Assembly: GCF_041248615.1 (NCBI RefSeq) | Contig: NZ_CP158426.1 | Reading direction: 5' to 3' (one strand) | Source: Escherichia coli | GTDB taxonomy: Bacteria; Pseudomonadota; Gammaproteobacteria; Enterobacterales; Enterobacteriaceae | Length of the DNA: 64,000 nucleotides | In this document: one piece after another, positions 40,355 through 52,535 of the stretch | Position numbering within the stretch: the first letter of the stretch is position 1 | Layout: every line of letters begins with the position of its first letter | Notes under the pieces: model-generated | Databases searched by the model: none | Seen by the model: only the letters and a program-made list of their open reading frames with translations | Told to the model about the DNA's origin: nothing | Position numbers and translations under genes: made by a program

Positions 40355-41146
40355 TTACATCGCGTTCAGACGTTTTTGCGCCTGTTTAGCGCCATCAGTA
40401 CCAGGGTATTTACTGATAACCTGCTGGTATACGGCTTTCGCTTTTGCGGTATCACCTTTGTCCTGCATGATGACGCCGACTTTAAACATCGCATCTGCAG
40501 CCTTTGGTGACTTCGGATAGTTTTTCACTACCGAAGCAAAATAATACGCCGCATCATCTTTTTTACCCTTGTTGTAGTTTAACTGACCCAGCCAATAATT
40601 GGCGTTTGGCAGGTAAGTTGAATCAGGGTAATTTTTGATGAAATTCTGAAATGCCACCATTGCGTCATCCTGGCGGGATTTATCCTGCACCAGCGCAATA
40701 GCTGCATTGTAATCCGTGTTTGCATCACCGCTTTTCACCGGCGCGCCAGCATTCGCAGTACCAGCATCAGCTGTCGGCGTCGTTGATGCCGCCGCACCGC
40801 TTTGATCGCCGCTGGTTGATTGCGCCGCTGCACCACCGCTGCTGAGGCTATCGATCTGCAACAGGATCTGCTTTTGCCGCTCCACGACCTGATTCAGTTG
40901 ATACTGATTTTCCTGAATCTGACCACGCAGGGAATCAATATCGGATTGATTATCAGAGAGTTGTTGCTGGAGTTGGGTTAAAAGCTGGCTGTGAGCATTT
41001 GAAATACGCTCAAGTTGAGTGACGCGGTCTTCGACCGAGCCTGAGCCGACACTACTGATTGGTGCCTGAGCAAAAGCGGCCCAGGGGGCCGCTATACCAA
41101 CCAGTAACGACAGACTCAATAGTTGATGTCTGAAGTTACTGCTCAT
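40355..41146 (-). CDS. cpoB: Cell division coordinator CpoB (YbgF), TPR protein
   Basis: 263 aa with signal peptide, coiled coil and C-terminal TPR repeats; downstream of pal. Confidence 0.9.
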   Translation of the reverse strand: MSSNFRHQLLSLSLLVGIAAPWAAFAQAPISSVGSGSVEDRVTQLERISNAHSQLLTQLQQQLSDNQSDIDSLRGQIQENQYQLNQVVERQKQILLQIDSLSSGGAAAQSTSGDQSGAAASTTPTADAGTANAGAPVKSGDANTDYNAAIALVQDKSRQDDAMVAFQNFIKNYPDSTYLPNANYWLGQLNYNKGKKDDAAYYFASVVKNYPKSPKAADAMFKVGVIMQDKGDTAKAKAVYQQVISKYPGTDGAKQAQKRLNAM

Positions 41147-41155
41147 GCAATTCTC

Positions 41156-41701
<546 letters not shown>

Positions 41702-41711
41702 TTAATTATTA

Positions 41712-43004
41712 TCACAGATACGGCGACCAGGCAGGGAATTTGACCTGTCCATCAGTTGCCGGAAGACGCGCTTTGAAACGCCCATCTGTAGAAACCAAAT
41801 TCAGCACGGATCCCATCCCCTGAGAAGAGCTGTAGATTACCATAGTGCCGTTAGGTGCCAGACTTGGCGTTTCATCCAGGAACGTGGACGACAGAACTTG
41901 TACGCCTCCCGTTGCCAGATCTTGTTTGGCAATGTGCTGCTGCCCACCATTGGAGCTGACCATTACCATAAATTTACCGTCGCTGCTGACATCCGCATCC
42001 TGGTTCTGCGAACCTTCCCAGGTAATACGTTGTGGCGCACCGCCGTTGATATTCACTTTATAAACCTGTGGACGACCGGCCTGGTCAGAAGTAAATGCCA
42101 GGTTCTGGCTGTCCGGGAACCAGGTCGGTTCGGTATTGTTACTGCGACCATCCGTCACCTGGCGGATCTGACCAGAAGCCAAATCCATTACGTACAGGTT
42201 CAGACTACCGGTTTTCGACAAGGCGAATGCCAGTTTGCTGCCGTCTGGCGAGAATGCAGGTGCACCGTTGTGACGCGGGAATGAAGCCACCTGACGTACA
42301 GCGCCATTTGCCAGCGTTTGGATGACCAGCGCGGAACGACCGCTTTCGAAGGTCACATAAGCCAGTTTAGAACCGTCTGGTGACCACGCCGGAGACATCA
42401 GCGGCTGCGGTGAACGGTGAACGACAAACTGGTTGTAACCGTCATAGTCAGATACGCGCAGTTCATACGGGAACTGACCGCCGTTGGTCTGAACAACGTA
42501 GGCAATACGGGTACGGAACGCACCTTTAATGCCGGTCAGTTTTTCAAACACTTCATCACTGGCGGTATGACCAGCATAACGCAGCCACTGCTTGTTCACT
42601 TTGTACGAGTTCTGAGCAAGTACAGTACCCGGTGCGCCGCCAGTGTCAACAAGTTGATAAGCAACATTGTAAGAACCATCCGGATTCGGAGTGACCTGAC
42701 CGACAACTACAGCGTCAATGCCCAGTGCGGACCATGCAGCTGGTTGTACTTCCTGCGCACTACCCGGCTGCTGTGGCAGACGAGCGCGATCTAACGGATT
42801 AAATTTACCGCTGTTACGCAAGTCAGCAGCAACGATGCCGCCAATATCTTCAGGTGCCGCACCAGGACCCGCCCACTGGAAAGGAACAACTCCAATAGGA
42901 CGACCGGAATCTACACCGCTGTCGATCACAATGCGGACTTCAGCATGCAGAACTGATGCCCACAGTATGAGAAAACCAAATGCTACTCGTAATGCCTGCT
43001 TCAT
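41712..43004 (-). CDS. tolB: Tol-Pal system periplasmic protein TolB
   Basis: 430 aa from [21 protein letters not shown]; beta-propeller. Confidence 0.95.
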   Translation of the reverse strand: MKQALRVAFGFLILWASVLHAEVRIVIDSGVDSGRPIGVVPFQWAGPGAAPEDIGGIVAADLRNSGKFNPLDRARLPQQPGSAQEVQPAAWSALGIDAVVVGQVTPNPDGSYNVAYQLVDTGGAPGTVLAQNSYKVNKQWLRYAGHTASDEVFEKLTGIKGAFRTRIAYVVQTNGGQFPYELRVSDYDGYNQFVVHRSPQPLMSPAWSPDGSKLAYVTFESGRSALVIQTLANGAVRQVASFPRHNGAPAFSPDGSKLAFALSKTGSLNLYVMDLASGQIRQVTDGRSNNTEPTWFPDSQNLAFTSDQAGRPQVYKVNINGGAPQRITWEGSQNQDADVSSDGKFMVMVSSNGGQQHIAKQDLATGGVQVLSSTFLDETPSLAPNGTMVIYSSSQGMGSVLNLVSTDGRFKARLPATDGQVKFPAWSPYL

Positions 43005-43136
43005 CATATCTCCCTTATCTGGACCGATGGCCCACGATAATTTAGCAGAATGTTAACAAACTAAAATACACAAAACTACCAGAACCCCGTGGCAACCGGT
43101 GCCTGATGTTGACCGTCGGAACAGTCAACATCGCGA

Positions 43137-44402
43137 TTACGGTTTGAAGTCCAATGGCGCGTTTTTGAACACTTCATATACTGCCTGGCTTGGTGGTTTC
43201 GGGATCTTCGCAAGTTTAGCTGCTGCCAACGCAGCCTGACAAAGTGCGGGATCGCCACCTTCAGGTTTGATATCCAGTAACATACCATCGGGTGCCAGTT
43301 TTATGCGCAGCGTACAGGTTTTGCCTGCATAGGACGATGCGTCATAGAACTTACTTTCGATAGCAGATTTAATCTGCCCGGCATAGTTATTGATATCGGC
43401 CCCTGATGCGCCATTGTTTTTAGTATTACCACTCCCGGCTGGCGAAGCATTGTTCCCTTTCGCCCCTCCCCCCGTTTTCGGTGCATTCTTACCAGAGCTT
43501 AGCTCACCGAAAATATCATCTGCCTCTGCGGCAGCTTTTGCTGCAGCGGCTTTTTCAGCTGCTGCTTTTGCAGCTGCCGCTTTTTTGTCTGCGGCGGCTT
43601 TTTCTGCCGCTGCTTTCTTATCAGCTGCTGCCTTTTCAGCAGCCGCTTTTTCTGCTGCTTTTTTGTCGGCTGCAGCTTTCTCTGCTGCCGCTTTCTTATC
43701 AGCTGCAGCCTTTTCAGCAGCCGCTTTCTTCTCAGCTTCTGCTTTGGCTTTTTCAGCAGCTTCAGTTGCCGCTTTCTTTCTTGCTTCAGCTGCAGCTGCT
43801 TCTGCCGCTTCCGCTTTCTTCTTCAGTGCCGCCGCGGCTGCCTCGACTTTTTTCTGCGCTTCGGCTGCGGCTTTGGCGGCTTCTGCTTCTGCTTTTTTCT
43901 TCGCGTCTGCAGCCGCTTTCTTCGCAGCTTCTTCCGCAGCTTTAGCATCCGCTTCGGCCTTCGCTTTAGCATCTGCCGCCGCTTTCGCTGCCGCTTCTTC
44001 CGCTTGCTTCTGCTTTAACTCGGCCTGTTTTGCGGCTTCTTCAGCCTGCTTTTTCTGTTCCTGAGCAGCTAACCGCTCTTTCTCAAGTTGCTTCAGGCGT
44101 TCCTGTTCAGCCGCTTGTTTCTCACGCAGTTCTTCAGCAGCCTGCTGTTCCTTCATCTTGCGCTGCTCATCAGAACGCTTCGCGCTTGATTCCTGGCTTT
44201 GCATGCGTTTGTACTGCTCAACTACCGCACCTGAATCAACCATGACAGCGTCGATGGATGAACCACCGCCGCCTCCGGCTGAAGCTTCTATATTCTCATC
44301 GAACGAACTCCAGATCAGCGCCGCAAATAAGATGACATGCAGCACTGCTGAAATAATTATCGCCCGCTTGAGCTTGTCGTTTTGTTCGGTTGCCTTTGAC
44401 AC
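43137..44402 (-). CDS. tolA: Tol-Pal system protein TolA
   Basis: 421 aa; N-terminal TM segment, long Ala/Lys/Glu-rich helical domain II encoded by imperfect DNA repeats, C-terminal domain III. Confidence 0.95.
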   Translation of the reverse strand: MSKATEQNDKLKRAIIISAVLHVILFAALIWSSFDENIEASAGGGGGSSIDAVMVDSGAVVEQYKRMQSQESSAKRSDEQRKMKEQQAAEELREKQAAEQERLKQLEKERLAAQEQKKQAEEAAKQAELKQKQAEEAAAKAAADAKAKAEADAKAAEEAAKKAAADAKKKAEAEAAKAAAEAQKKVEAAAAALKKKAEAAEAAAAEARKKAATEAAEKAKAEAEKKAAAEKAAADKKAAAEKAAADKKAAEKAAAEKAAADKKAAAEKAAADKKAAAAKAAAEKAAAAKAAAEADDIFGELSSGKNAPKTGGGAKGNNASPAGSGNTKNNGASGADINNYAGQIKSAIESKFYDASSYAGKTCTLRIKLAPDGMLLDIKPEGGDPALCQAALAAAKLAKIPKPPSQAVYEVFKNAPLDFKP

Positions 44403-44466
44403 TCTCGGTTTCCAAAAACTGTTCGCCTGTTACCCGCTCTCTTTCAAGCAAGGGAAACGCAGATGT

Positions 44467-44895
44467 TTAGATAGGCTGCGTCATTAAACCAACCGATTTC
44501 ACACCCGCACTATGTAACAAGTTCAGTGCTTTAATTATTTCATCGTAAGGCACATCTTTTGCGCCACCGATCAGAAAGACCGTTTTCGGGTTGGCCTTGA
44601 AACGGCTGGACACTTCCGCCACCACCTGCTCTGGTGGCAAACGCTCCAGGCGATCTTTCTCAACCACCACGGTGTACTGACCAATACCAGACACTTCAAC
44701 AATCACTGGCGGATTATCGTTACTGCTCACCGCCTGTGATTCAGTAGCGTCTGGCAGATCGACCTCCACGCTCTGGGTGATGATGGGCGCTGTCGCCATA
44801 AAGATCAGCAACAGCACCAGCAGTACGTCCAGCAACGGTACAATGTTGATTTCGGACTTGAGATCGCGACGACCTCGTCCACGCGCTCTGGCCAT
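44467..44895 (-). CDS. tolR: Tol-Pal system protein TolR
   Basis: 142 aa; ExbD/TolR family. Confidence 0.95.
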   Translation of the reverse strand: MARARGRGRRDLKSEINIVPLLDVLLVLLLIFMATAPIITQSVEVDLPDATESQAVSSNDNPPVIVEVSGIGQYTVVVEKDRLERLPPEQVVAEVSSRFKANPKTVFLIGGAKDVPYDEIIKALNLLHSAGVKSVGLMTQPI

Positions 44896-44898
44896 GGC

Positions 44899-45992
<1,094 letters not shown>

Positions 45993-46141
45993 TTTACATC
46001 CCGGTAATGCAACAAAAGTTAGAGCTTTTAAACGCTGCTACTATACGCGCGCGATTGAGGTTTGGGAATGAGGGCAAGTTAAGGGAGCGTAAAAATTTAT
46101 GGGCCTGGAGCGGCCCATAATTTTTTAAAGAGAATTCTGAT

Positions 46142-46435
46142 TTAAAAGAAGAAGAAAATCAGCCCGACAATGAGAACAATATCGGCAAGCAATGGGCAAA
46201 AAATCCCTTGCCAAAGAACCTTCTGCGGACGAAAGCCCACGCCGTGAATCACACCAGCACAGACGGCCCACATCAGCAATAAACCATGCCAGATTTCCAG
46301 TTCACTGGTCTTCGCGGCGAAACGTGATGGGTCCCAAAACATACATCCGGCTAACAGAAGCGCCATCACGAAGGAAAGCGCCCGCAGGGGGCGCTTGTCC
46401 ATTACCGCATACAAGGTTGCGATAATCTTACTCAT
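46142..46435 (-). CDS. ybgE: Small inner membrane protein YbgE
   Basis: 97 aa; follows cydX. Confidence 0.85.
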   Translation of the reverse strand: MSKIIATLYAVMDKRPLRALSFVMALLLAGCMFWDPSRFAAKTSELEIWHGLLLMWAVCAGVIHGVGFRPQKVLWQGIFCPLLADIVLIVGLIFFFF

Positions 46436-46548
46436 CAGATGTCTTCTTGACCGGCTTTGCCTGATTCGACGTGCTCAAGCGCCAGCGCGGTGATTACCCC
46501 AAACGAACAGGCAAGAAGCGTTCCCAGAATCCATGCGAAATACCACAT
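46435..46548 (-). CDS. cydX: Cytochrome bd-I small subunit CydX
   Basis: 37 aa MWYFAWILGTLLACSFGVITALALEHVESGKAGQEDI read on the minus strand; the stop overlaps the ybgE start. Not in the ORF track because it is under 60 aa. Confidence 0.85.
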   Translation of the reverse strand: MWYFAWILGTLLACSFGVITALALEHVESGKAGQEDI

Positions 46549-46562
46549 TTTTAGCTCCTTAC

Positions 46563-47702
46563 TTAGTACAGAGAGTGGGTGTTACGTTCAATATCTTCTT
46601 TGGTGATACGACCGAACATTTTCCAGTAACACCAGGCGGTGTAGAGCAGAATGATCGGTACCAGAACCACCGCAACCCAGGTCATGACGTTAAGCGTCAG
46701 CTGGCTGGATGTTGCATCCCACATTGTCAGACTTGCGTTCATCATGGTGCTGGACGGCATCACAAACGGGAACATTGCGATACCGGCAGTCAGGATGATG
46801 CAGGCCAGCGTCAGGGAGGAGAACACAAACGCCCACGCGGCTTTATCCATACGTGCAGTCAGGATGGTCAGCAGCGGCAGAACCACACCCAGTGCCGGAA
46901 TAGCCCACAGAATTGGCGTGTTGTTGAAGTTAACCAGCCATGCGCCAGCTTCACGAACCACTTCTTTATTCAGCGGGTTAGAGGCTGCGTAATGGTCCAT
47001 TGTCGATTTCACGACATAACCATCGATACCGTACATCACCCATACGCCAGCCAGTGCGAAACAGACCAGTGTCACCAGTGCCGCCACCTGAGCCGTTGCA
47101 CGGGTACGCAGGTGCAGTTCGCCCACGGTACGCATTTGCAGGTAAGTCGCGCCCTGAGTAATGATCATCCCTACGCTCACCACGCCAGCCAGCAGGCCGA
47201 ACGGGTTAAGCAGCTGGAAGAAGTTACCGGTGTAGTACAGACGCAGATATTCATCAACGTTGAACGGTACGCCCTGCAACAGGTTACCGAACGCTACACC
47301 AATCACCAACGGCGGAACGAAGCTACCAATGAAGATGCCCCAGTCCCACATGTTACGCCAGCGGGTTTCTTCAATCTTGGAGCGGTAGTCAAAACCGACC
47401 GGACGGAAGAACAAAGACGCCAGCACGAGGATCATCGCCACATAGAATCCGGAGAACGCAGCGGCATAGACCATCGGCCAGGCAGCAAAGAGTGCGCCGC
47501 CCGCGGTGATCAGCCAAACCTGGTTACCGTCCCAGTGTGGTGCAATGGAGTTAATCATAATTCGACGCTCGGTGTCGTTACGACCGAGGAAACGGGTGAG
47601 CATGCCCACCCCCATGTCGAAACCGTCAGTGACTGCAAAACCAATCAGCAGAACGCCAACCAGCAGCCACCAGATAAAACGCAATACTTCATAATCGATC
47701 AT
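46563..47702 (-). CDS. cydB: Cytochrome bd-I ubiquinol oxidase subunit II
   Basis: 379 aa polytopic membrane protein. Confidence 0.95.
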   Translation of the reverse strand: MIDYEVLRFIWWLLVGVLLIGFAVTDGFDMGVGMLTRFLGRNDTERRIMINSIAPHWDGNQVWLITAGGALFAAWPMVYAAAFSGFYVAMILVLASLFFRPVGFDYRSKIEETRWRNMWDWGIFIGSFVPPLVIGVAFGNLLQGVPFNVDEYLRLYYTGNFFQLLNPFGLLAGVVSVGMIITQGATYLQMRTVGELHLRTRATAQVAALVTLVCFALAGVWVMYGIDGYVVKSTMDHYAASNPLNKEVVREAGAWLVNFNNTPILWAIPALGVVLPLLTILTARMDKAAWAFVFSSLTLACIILTAGIAMFPFVMPSSTMMNASLTMWDATSSQLTLNVMTWVAVVLVPIILLYTAWCYWKMFGRITKEDIERNTHSLY

Positions 47703-47717
47703 TTGACGACTCCTGTC

Positions 47718-49286
47718 TTAGCGTGCCGGCTGAGTAGTCGTGGAAGACTGCTCAAAGTGATAGCGACCGGTTTTCAGGCTGCTTGGGCCGAGGCGTGCAA
47801 ACTTGAACATTAAGAACAATTCTGCCACCAGGAACAGGGTATACAGGCCGCAAATCAGCACCATTGAGAAGATGAGATCGCCTGCGGTCAGTGACGAGTT
47901 CGCCACAGCTGTCGGCAGCACTTCACCGATAGCCCACGGTTGGCGGCCATATTCAGCCACGAACCAGCCCGCTTCTACAGCAATCCACGGCAGCGGAATA
48001 CCGTACAGCGCGGCGCGCAGCAGCCATTTTTTCTCGCCAATGCGGTTGCGGATGACACTCCAGAAAGAGAGCGCGATGATTGCCAGCAGCAGGAAGCCAC
48101 ACGCCACCATGATACGGAACGCGAAGTACAGCGGCGCTACACGCGGAATGGAGTCTTTGGTTGCCTGTTGAATCTGCGCTTCAGTCGCATCAGCCACGTT
48201 TGGCGTATAGCGTTTCAGCAGCAGACCGTAACCGAGGTCTTTCTTCATGCTATTGAACTGGTCACGAACCGCCTGGTCGGTAGAACCAGAACGCAGTTGT
48301 TCGAGCAGAGAGTACGCCTTCATCCCGTTACGAATGCGTTCTTCATGCTGCACCATCAGTTCTTTCAGGCCGATAACTGGAGTATCCACGGAACGCGTTG
48401 CAATGATGCCCAGCGCGTAAGGGATCTGGATCGCAAATTTGTTCGTCTCCTCTTCCTGATCAGGAATGCCGAACAGAGTAAAGGCAGCAGGCGCAGGTTG
48501 CGTTTCCCACTCGGCTTCAATAGCAGCCAGTTTGGTTTTCTGCACGTCGCCCATTTCGTAACCAGATTCATCACCCAGAACAATAACAGACAGAACGGCA
48601 GCCATACCGAAGCTGGCAGCGATAGCAAAGGAGCGTTTAGCGAAGGCGAAGTCACGACCTTTCAGCATATACCATGCGCTGATACCGAGGATGAACATCG
48701 CGCCAGTCACATAACCAGACGCTACAGTGTGAACGAATTTCACCTGAGCAACCGGGTTAAGCACCAGCTCGGAGAAGCTCACCATCTCCATACGCATAGT
48801 TTCAAAGTTGAAATCGGACGCGATTGGGTTTTGCATCCAGCCGTTCGCAACCAGAATCCACAGTGCGGACAGGTTTGAACCGAGCGCCACCAGCCAAGTG
48901 ACACACATATGCTGAACTTTACCCAGACGATCCCAACCGAAGAAGAACAGACCTACAAAGGTGGATTCGAGGAAGAAGGCCATTAGACCTTCGATTGCCA
49001 GCGGCGCACCGAAGATATCCCCTACATAGTGGGAATAGTAAGACCAGTTAGTCCCGAACTGGAACTCCATAGTCAGACCGGTAGCCACACCCAGAGCGAA
49101 GTTGATACCAAACAACTTGCCCCAGAACTTGGTCATATCTTTATAAATCTGTTTGCCGGAAAGGACGTAGACCGTTTCCATAATGGCCAGCAGGAACGCC
49201 ATACCGAGCGTCAGTGGCACAAAAAGGAAGTGGTACATCGCGGTCAAGGCAAACTGTAAGCGCGACAGTTCGACTATATCTAACAT
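47718..49286 (-). CDS. cydA: Cytochrome bd-I ubiquinol oxidase subunit I
   Basis: Track ORF 47718..49289 trimmed to [28 protein letters not shown] (522 aa). Confidence 0.95.
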
Positions 49287-49289
49287 CAT

Positions 49290-50091
49290 GACTCCTTGCT
49301 CATCGCATGAAGACTCCGAGAGTGAACCCCGTTAGAAAGGGTCACACGCATGCCCCAATACAAAATTATTTGCTCGCCTCTATCGTTGCCATTTCATCAA
49401 AAGAGGAAAAGACAATGATAAAAAAGTTACAAATATGTTAATGAATAAACCAAATTGATCCCGTAATTATATTACGCCGCAAAATCCTTACAATAAACAG
49501 GTTTTTATTGAGCAAATTTGCATTTTTCGACAGTGATCAATTTATAGCGAAATTGTCACGATCTCACCAATTTGATCTACGACAATTTATCGTGTTTTGC
49601 AGATTTTTTTCAAGAATTAAAAATTGATTTATATCAAAACCAACCAAATATGTTAATTATGTATAAACCATAGATCATTGGTGATTTTATTGTTAATTTA
49701 TTGTGAAATATTTATGCAACACAATTATTACAATGAAAAGGTATAGATAAAAAACCAGTGTTTTATTTAACAGAACCGCCCTATCCACTTTTTATAATAC
49801 CAATTGATTAGATTAGCCAATTTGTTGCTATTTTACATAACATATTTTTATCAAAGTTAATTGATTGTTGCCTTTATGAGCACCGGCCGTAAGCCCGTTA
49901 TGTTATTGTTTCATTAGTAATAATCACTTAAATGTATCGATGAAACAGGTATGACTTAGCGGGAGTGATTGTTTCTGAGTGAACAGAGACCACTTTCGCC
50001 TGATAAATGAAAAATGAGCGATTTTTGCAAGTTAGTTTTTCTATAGCCGAGTACGCTCAGCGCCTCGCTTGATTACAATGAGGTTGCTGCT
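49290..50091. promoter_or_regulatory. cydAB upstream regulatory region (long AT-rich leader/promoter)
   Basis: About 800 bp non-coding, strongly AT-rich, immediately upstream of cydA; by established knowledge cydAB has a long multi-promoter control region. Individual sites not mapped here. Confidence 0.5.
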
Positions 50092-51036
50092 ATGAGTCCT
50101 GATAATATCAGTTCTGCTGTCAATCGCTTCTCAGGTTGGCCATCTAATGATCCTCTAAAAACAGATAAAGAATCAATGACATCACCCATGACTGTGCAGG
50201 TAATAAAGATGATTGCCGCCATCCTTGATCCACATCGGATAGTCGTTGGAATCGATACACTTTATACAACGCAGCGCGAAACATTTACCTCAGAGAGTCA
50301 ACAGCTCATTGAATCAGCATTGCAAACACTTCATGTGATGAATTTAAATAACCTGGAAACAAATCTCGATGAGGAAGGTCACTATCTGGCTTTTGGATAT
50401 AACGTTGACACTCCTGACAGAATAACCGTTTCTGCTTATAATGAAAAAAAGCCTGGCTGCTATGGTCAATGTCTTTTAATACAGGATGACGAAACAGACT
50501 TATTTAACCTGATAAAAGTTAAAATTTTTGAAGCCAGGCATAATTATGTCGCTCAATTGATGAGCGATCCGGAATTTATGTTCAAATTTAGTTATAGCGC
50601 TCAACAAAATAGATTAGAACCTCATCTTCTGGTTCCCACTTATTTCCCTCTAAAAACAAACGAACCGGTTACGCAAGAGGATGTACTGTTACTTTATCGT
50701 TTCTTTAAAATGGATGGTGATTTTAATATATTAACATCAGATGAATACATGAGTATCATGACACCTCTGATGAAGTGTGAGCGCAGCATCCACGACCACA
50801 ACAGGTATGTGACGGGCAAAGATACCCTTCTTCTGGACTATCCTCCTTCTGGTAACCAGATATATTTCCATATTTTTCCTGACGAATCAGCAACACTAGT
50901 CCTTTATTTTTCAAACAATGACATTGAATGTTTCGTCTTTGAAAGAGATATTCCGAGCCAGTATCGCTTTTTCAAAATGTTTACCAATCTGGCACTGGTT
51001 ATTGATCAGTTAACCGATGCCAATCAAATACTTTAA
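50092..51036 (+). CDS. Hypothetical protein (314 aa), AT-rich orphan gene
   Basis: ORF track. Low GC and codon usage unlike flanking core genes; no recognisable motifs. Confidence 0.45.
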   Translation: MSPDNISSAVNRFSGWPSNDPLKTDKESMTSPMTVQVIKMIAAILDPHRIVVGIDTLYTTQRETFTSESQQLIESALQTLHVMNLNNLETNLDEEGHYLAFGYNVDTPDRITVSAYNEKKPGCYGQCLLIQDDETDLFNLIKVKIFEARHNYVAQLMSDPEFMFKFSYSAQQNRLEPHLLVPTYFPLKTNEPVTQEDVLLLYRFFKMDGDFNILTSDEYMSIMTPLMKCERSIHDHNRYVTGKDTLLLDYPPSGNQIYFHIFPDESATLVLYFSNNDIECFVFERDIPSQYRFFKMFTNLALVIDQLTDANQIL

Positions 51037-51116
51037 TTTTTATATATTCCCTGTGGCAAATATTGCCAAACAATGCCCGGGGATTAATTTTTATTACTCA
51101 CGGAAAGATTTAAATA

Positions 51117-51539
51117 ATGATCCCATCTCAAATCTCTTTCAACACCCTTCCTGTCAATGCAACATACGCTTCAGAGACAACAGTTGACACACAAAAATTC
51201 TCTGACATCCTCTACTCAGCGGGGTGTTCCCTAAAGGATCTGGCTTATCTGAGCAGATGTCTGGCATCAATACATCCGACTATCGCCAAAAACATTTATG
51301 AAACAGAAAATCTCAGCGATCAAAAATTACTGCATATTGATTGCCGTAGTACAAATGAAATCAAGATAAATATCTTTTTTGGTCAACAACGAGAAGGATT
51401 AATTGAAATTAATTCTGACACTGTCATTTTTCCGATATTGTCTTCATTAATTGACTCCGCCATTTCTAAATTTCAACACCAAATCCCCGTTAACGGTTCA
51501 GTAAATCCTGACCTATTGTATGAGGATTATACTGATTAA
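51117..51539 (+). CDS. Hypothetical protein (140 aa), AT-rich orphan gene
   Basis: ORF track. Low GC; follows the 314 aa ORF on the same strand. Confidence 0.4.
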   Translation: MIPSQISFNTLPVNATYASETTVDTQKFSDILYSAGCSLKDLAYLSRCLASIHPTIAKNIYETENLSDQKLLHIDCRSTNEIKINIFFGQQREGLIEINSDTVIFPILSSLIDSAISKFQHQIPVNGSVNPDLLYEDYTD

Positions 51540-52085
51540 ATCCACCCAGTCGCGAAAATGGCCTGCGTTATTGCCAGACGTAATAAAACTTTTGATTAAC
51601 GTTACTCGTACTGGTAGCACCTTCATGTACTTTTCTTTTTTACGAAAAATCAAAAGAGCTAACAAAGGTCATAATTCGCATGAATCATTAATTATTTGTT
51701 ATTTTCAACATTATTTTTACATTAAGCAGAGATGAATTGCAGTGAAATTCGACTTAACTTTTATGAAATGCATTTACTCATGGCTAAAGCCACGTCACAA
51801 AAATGCAAATTAGAAGTTGATCACAATTATCTCAATACATCAAATCAAGTTAATTTTAAAAATTTAACATTCATGACATTAGTTGACATAACACACTGAA
51901 TTAAAATGAGAATTTGAAAACACACTTTAAACAATCATTTCCCGAAAGACATTTTGAAAATAGATCAATTGCAACATTACGGTCAGATAAAGACACTCCT
52001 GTGATATTAAACCTGTGCCGTTATGAGCGGCCATAAATACGACGTGTGTAACTTATTTTACTCTCTGTCTTACAAAGGATTACCC

Positions 52086-52535
52086 ATGAAGAAAGCAACA
52101 CTTGTGATTGGCGTTATTGGCGCGGACTGCCATGCAGTAGGCAATAAAGTTCTGGACCGCGTTTTTAGCAACCATGACTTCAGAGTTATTAATCTGGGCG
52201 TAATGGTCAGCCAGGACGAATATATTGATGCTGCCATTGAAACTGGTGCTGACGCGATTGTCGTCTCCTCTATCTATGGGCATGGCGATATCGATTGTCT
52301 GGGCATGCGCGAACGCTGCATCGAGCGTGGGCTGGGTAACATCCTGCTCTATGTGGGCGGTAACCTGGTGGTCGGAAAACATGACTTCGCTGACGTGGAA
52401 ACCAAGTTCAAAGAGATGGGATTTGATCGCGTCTTTTCCCCAAGTCATGACTTAGAAGATGTTTGTCAGCTGATGGCCCACGATATCAACCAACGTCATA
52501 ACGTTGATACTCGCATTCTTGAAGAGGCAATCTGA
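52086..52535 (+). CDS. glmS: Glutamate mutase sigma subunit (methylaspartate mutase S chain, B12-binding)
   Basis: Track ORF 52023..52535 trimmed to [24 protein letters not shown] (149 aa), a cobalamin-binding DxHxxG-type motif (ADCHAVGNK). Confidence 0.8.
   Translation: MKKATLVIGVIGADCHAVGNKVLDRVFSNHDFRVINLGVMVSQDEYIDAAIETGADAIVVSSIYGHGDIDCLGMRERCIERGLGNILLYVGGNLVVGKHDFADVETKFKEMGFDRVFSPSHDLEDVCQLMAHDINQRHNVDTRILEEAI

Noticed and set aside
43390-44064. Antisense ORFs of 224 and 154 aa (Ala/Phe/Ser- and Leu/Gln-rich) inside tolA
   Set aside because: They arise from the repetitive domain II coding region of tolA read in other frames; tolA itself is unambiguous.
46533-47813. 426 aa + strand ORF rich in His/Gln/Arg antisense to cydB, and similar long antisense ORFs over cydA (47940..48878)
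   Set aside because: Typical long antisense frames opposite a highly expressed, GC-biased membrane protein gene. cydA and cydB on the minus strand match known proteins.
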